DNA of 64,000 nt from Naegleria gruberi (Eukaryota). The stretch lies in the NCBI GenBank assembly GCA_000004985.1, contig GG738848.1. One strand, 5' to 3'. The notes under the pieces were generated by a model. That model made no database searches. It saw only the letters and a list, made by a program, of their open reading frames with translations, and was not told the origin of the DNA. The position numbers and the translations under genes were made by a program. Below are positions 60,529 to 64,000 of the stretch, in pieces (position 1 is the first letter of the stretch; each line of letters starts with the position of its first letter).

Positions 60529-61979
60529 TTATTTTAGAGAAGCGAAATGTTTTAACAGGACACTGGTAGTAAAGGCATCATAAACTGGCTGTGCAAGAAT
60601 AATATCGATAGGTGTGAGTCCAAGATTAATCTTTTGTGTTCTCCATGCAGTACATTTAACAGCCAGCTTAAGCATGGACATGATGTAGAGATCGGTGTGA
60701 CTCATGTCATAAAATATCATGTGTAATAAGTTATCTCCCTTCTCATTCACTTTAAAGTATTCTTCAATATTTTCAATTCGTAATAGAAAATCAAACATTA
60801 AATTTTTTGGTAATGGGACTTGTATAATCGCAATGCAAAGGGGAAGGAAACAATTAGTAATCAGAGGAGTATAATCTATTCAAACTGATATTGGAAAAGT
60901 CGATAACAGAGAACATATTTTCAGATGCCATGAAATAAAATTCAAATAGTTGCTGTCTAAAATCCATAAACCACAACTCGCTCAATATTAGAACTTTGAA
61001 AAATAGTGACGTTTTTGATAGAGCTAATTCTACCTCCTTGATAGGTATTACATAAGTAAATTAAATATTGAAACCAATTATCTGGCGAAATATTGTCAAA
61101 AATTTCCATTGGAAATGCATGCTTTTTGAAGAAAAAATTTAGCATTTCTTTTACATAAGGGGCAGACATTTCATTCAATTTGAATAAACTGTCACACAAG
61201 GGTTGGCTTGGTAAGATGGAGTGTGGTTTTAGAACATGTTTAAATAAATATTCAAGTATTGAAGGACCAAAAATAGAGAGCTCAGTATTGAACAATTCTA
61301 AAAATTTGTAAAGGGGTTTGCTGTTTGGTCTGATATTTGGGTCCTGGAAATTCAGCATAATTTGTAATATTGGGATTGTAAGTATTGGTATCATTCATGT
61401 CATTAATAAGAATGACTTTCTTTGAATATTGAGAAGGAATGTCAAATCCACAACTTTGACAAAATATAACAAGTTTTTCCAATCCTTTCAAACATGATGT
61501 TAGGGAATTGTAACAATTTGAATTTGATAAATTATTCAAAATTATTACAATTTTTTTGGCTGTGTGGTTATCACCAATGTATTCCTCAATATTTACATAG
61601 TTGATTGATTCTTCTTTTGTTTCAAAATTGTATTTACCTTTAAGAATATCATATTCATCAACAAGATCTGTATCAAGTGTTGAATAGTAATAATTGGTTG
61701 ATCAGGTCTTAACTCATTAACTCTATTAGTGACTTTTGGCATTCCGTGCCGTTCGTAATGTGCATCAACCTCTCTGATAGATTTCCATTTTGCATAGGTT
61801 GGAATAAATTCAATAATTTCATACTTGATCATTGTATCTAAATGAGGAAGAAATGATAAATCCATTGGTGTTTCGGCATCGGTTGTTGTAGTTTTAGAAT
61901 TTTCTTTTTGATCCTCGTTGATCCATTCTTTAACTATTGGACACATCATGTGATAAGGATCTTTTTCTAATATTTCCAA
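60529..61979 (-). CDS. Hypothetical multi-exon gene (several same-strand ORFs 60529..60798, 60957..61539, 61593..61979); possible ankyrin-like repeat at the C-terminus. Exon structure not resolved.
   Basis: Four co-oriented ORFs with coding-like composition separated by short AT-rich spacers. 'NEKGDNLLHMIFY..GLTPIDIILAQ' resembles an ankyrin repeat. No junctions were verified. Confidence 0.3.
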
Positions 61980-62285
61980 AAATTCGCATTGTTTTCTCGT
62001 TGGTTTTATAAATTGTTAGTGCCAAGCTTGGCAGCAACAATATTATTACAATAGTAGGAATAACATCAGAGTGGGTTGATCAATTATCGACTTTTTTTTA
62101 AAGAAGAGCCTTTACATGTTAAACTTTGATAATTTTGGTGAAGATTTCCAGTCCCTTAGATGGCTTAATTTGTCTGCAATTGAACTTCTTTCTTATGGAA
62201 TGTAAATTACCTTTGAAATCTCCAATTGTATTAAACATTTCCAAACTTTTCTTGCGATCTGAGCATCATCTAGATGTTTGAAAGT

Positions 62286-63155
62286 TTACAAATCCTCATC
62301 CTCTTCAGGTATGTACAACAAGAAAGCGTCAAATTCCTTCTCCCAAACACCTATTGTCGAGAATAGTTGTGTTGTTTCTTGCGCATCAAATTGTTGTAAT
62401 TTCACAACAGGTTCAATTTTCATATTCAAATCATAAATCTTTCTAATTAAATATTCTACAGATTTCAATACATTGTAATTTACAATTGAGCTCAAGTCAA
62501 AATAACCAATATTTTTCTTTCTGTGGAATGTAATTTGTTTTGGTTTGACTTTTCTATCCTTTTCATCTACTTTTGTACCACAAAGCACCATTCTATTTGA
62601 TGATGTTAGATTTCTCTTATCCAATGCATAATTTCCCATCCTAAACCACAACGGAGTATTCTTATAAGTCATTCTAGAAAGAGAGTTAAACATGATCATG
62701 AAACAATCTGCATCTTTGAGGAATATACAATCATCACTTAATAATAAATCATTCACAAGTGATGGATTAATTTCAGTGTGTGGATCATTTGAACACAACT
62801 CCCAAATTTCCAAGTAAAAGAGTGGAATTAGGAATTTAACTGATGTAATAGTTGCATAATAATAATCATTCAACTGTAAATTCCTCACCATTTTAGATTG
62901 AAATCTACTTGTAAAAGTTGATTTACCAACATTACTATCACCTAATAAAACTAATTTAATTCTTCTCGGAGGTGAATTAATTTTATATTTCAAGCCTGGT
63001 AATGTTGATTCATTCATTCCGATAAAAGAATCATCAAGAATAATTTTGGTTAATTCTTCTTCTTCTTGTATATTATTTGGAGTAGAATTTGTAACCTCAT
63101 GTTTGCATCGTTTATTGTCGATTGTGGTGACAATATGTTGTTGATCTCTTTTCAT
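62286..63155 (-). CDS. Ran-like small GTPase paralogue (289 aa) with degenerate nucleotide-binding motifs (probable pseudo-GTPase) and a ~75-aa N-terminal extension.
   Basis: Aligns to Ran over ~210 aa: 'KLVLLGDSNVGKSTF' (Ran 'KLVLVGDGGTGKTTF'), 'DCFMIMFNSLSRMTYKNTPLWFRMGNY' (Ran '[25 protein letters not shown]'), 'VLCGTKVDEKDRKVKPKQITFHRKKNIGYFDLSSIVNYN' (Ran '[39 protein letters not shown]'), and C-terminal 'PEEDEDL' (Ran 'DEDDDL'). Switch II 'WDTAGQE' is replaced by 'WELCSND' plus an insertion, and NKVD is replaced by TKVD. Confidence 0.7.
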   Translation of the reverse strand: MKRDQQHIVTTIDNKRCKHEVTNSTPNNIQEEEELTKIILDDSFIGMNESTLPGLKYKINSPPRRIKLVLLGDSNVGKSTFTSRFQSKMVRNLQLNDYYYATITSVKFLIPLFYLEIWELCSNDPHTEINPSLVNDLLLSDDCIFLKDADCFMIMFNSLSRMTYKNTPLWFRMGNYALDKRNLTSSNRMVLCGTKVDEKDRKVKPKQITFHRKKNIGYFDLSSIVNYNVLKSVEYLIRKIYDLNMKIEPVVKLQQFDAQETTQLFSTIGVWEKEFDAFLLYIPEEDEDL

Positions 63156-63304
63156 TTTTTTTACTATTCAATAAATTTTATTTAATTTTTAATTGTTGTA
63201 ACGGTAATATTATCCCAATATTCGCATCAAGAATTTTCAAAATAACAATTGTTTCATAGTATGTATTATTATTACAATTTAAATTCAATTTTAATTTCAA
63301 AAAA

Positions 63305-64000
63305 ATGGCATCAAAGGAAATAAGAGGCTCCTATCATGTTGATGAAGAATTAGAACAACAGGGCAAAGGACTTGATGATTTGATAGGTAAAGGAATTATT
63401 AATAGAAATAACAGAAATTATTTGGAATCTAGGTTAAAAACAAATATTAGACCATTGACAGAAAGTGATGATTATGAAGTTTATTTTAGTGGTAAATCAA
63501 TAAATGGTTCATTATTGACTGGATCATTGGAGGCTAAGAAATTGGATGGATTTGAAAAGTTTACAAAATATGGAGGTGGTGATGCAAAGAAAATATTAAT
63601 TCCGAAAGGTCAAGCTTTGAAATTTATTGATATTGGATTACAATTTACAGTGATAATGACAAATTTAAATGAAGCTTTTTTATATGGAGATTTTGTATAT
63701 GGATCAAGTTCGGCTGATATTAATCCTCTTGGAAGACAATTATCAATTCTAATGACACCAGAAGTTAAAATCAATAATTTCCCATATGAACCTGTTGCCA
63801 TGTTGTGTGGAGAACAATTTGTTGCAGTATTGGATAGCTGTAATAGATTGTGGTATTGTGGTATTGAAACTCACATTGGAACTGCTAGTAATAATTGTAC
63901 TTATGATTTTGTGGAAATTGGATTGAAAAAGTATTTGGAGACTGAATTTAATGATGAAACTACACATATCACTCACTTTAGAGTTGGAGGAAGACACTTG
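63305..64000 (+). CDS. Hypothetical protein, 5' part only; the ORF runs off the window end, with 232 codons visible.
   Basis: Open frame from aaaaATGGCATCAAAG to the last base with coding-like composition. No domain recognised. The two minus-strand ORFs inside it (63610..63801, 63749..63997) are likely antisense artefacts. Confidence 0.4.
   Translation, partial: MASKEIRGSYHVDEELEQQGKGLDDLIGKGIINRNNRNYLESRLKTNIRPLTESDDYEVYFSGKSINGSLLTGSLEAKKLDGFEKFTKYGGGDAKKILIPKGQALKFIDIGLQFTVIMTNLNEAFLYGDFVYGSSSADINPLGRQLSILMTPEVKINNFPYEPVAMLCGEQFVAVLDSCNRLWYCGIETHIGTASNNCTYDFVEIGLKKYLETEFNDETTHITHFRVGGRHL

Noticed and set aside
63610-63997. Minus-strand ORFs 63610..63801 and 63749..63997
   Set aside because: They overlap the longer, better-formed plus-strand ORF starting at 63305, and are likely antisense shadows.
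1-64000. Search for tRNA genes (A/B box, GGTTCGAATCC-like T-arm), rRNA, snRNA (U2/U6 cores), CRISPR arrays and transposon terminal repeats
   Set aside because: No convincing match by eye anywhere in the window. The closest 'ttcgaa' strings (near 970, 16575, 30885, 46640) lack the surrounding tRNA structure. The many short tandem repeats are codon-level microsatellites inside ORFs, not spacer-repeat arrays. This is eukaryotic DNA, so prokaryotic defence systems are not expected.

Overview
This window is eukaryotic nuclear DNA, not prokaryotic. It is AT-rich with strongly A/T-biased third codon positions and long in-frame Asn/Gln/Ser/Thr codon runs. Genes lie on both strands and are interrupted by short AT-rich GT..AG introns of roughly 42-220 nt, typical of a dictyostelid (social amoeba) chromosome. 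About 30 protein-coding genes are packed into 64 kb, and there is one 221-nt assembly gap of Ns. By conserved-motif reading of the translations I can recognise: PP2A scaffold subunit A, a patatin-like triacylglycerol lipase, a family-X DNA polymerase with a BRCT domain, FKBP12, phosphoglycerate mutase, the ALG3 mannosyltransferase, xanthine dehydrogenase (6 exons), acetyl-CoA synthetase, a Zn(II)2Cys6 transcription factor, cyclase-associated protein (CAP), XPF/ERCC4, a tandem pseudokinase-kinase, a canonical heterotrimeric G-alpha subunit, the Mss4 Rab-GEF, and a large protein of about 3,100 aa. I found no tRNA, rRNA, CRISPR array, transposon or prokaryotic defence locus. The most unusual content is two degenerate GTPases on the minus strand. 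One is a G-alpha-like protein in which the catalytic Gln is replaced by Ala. The other is a Ran-like protein that lacks the DTAGQ switch II but keeps Ran's acidic DEDL tail. Both sit within about 18 kb of a canonical G-alpha gene and the Mss4 gene. Other points worth following up are an apparent 1-nt frameshift in the acetyl-CoA synthetase 3' end next to the assembly gap, ultra-short introns (42-55 nt), 4-6 nt first exons, and a 7-nt tail-to-tail CDS overlap. All exon boundaries were derived by eye from reading-frame continuity and GT/AG sites and have not been checked against transcripts.
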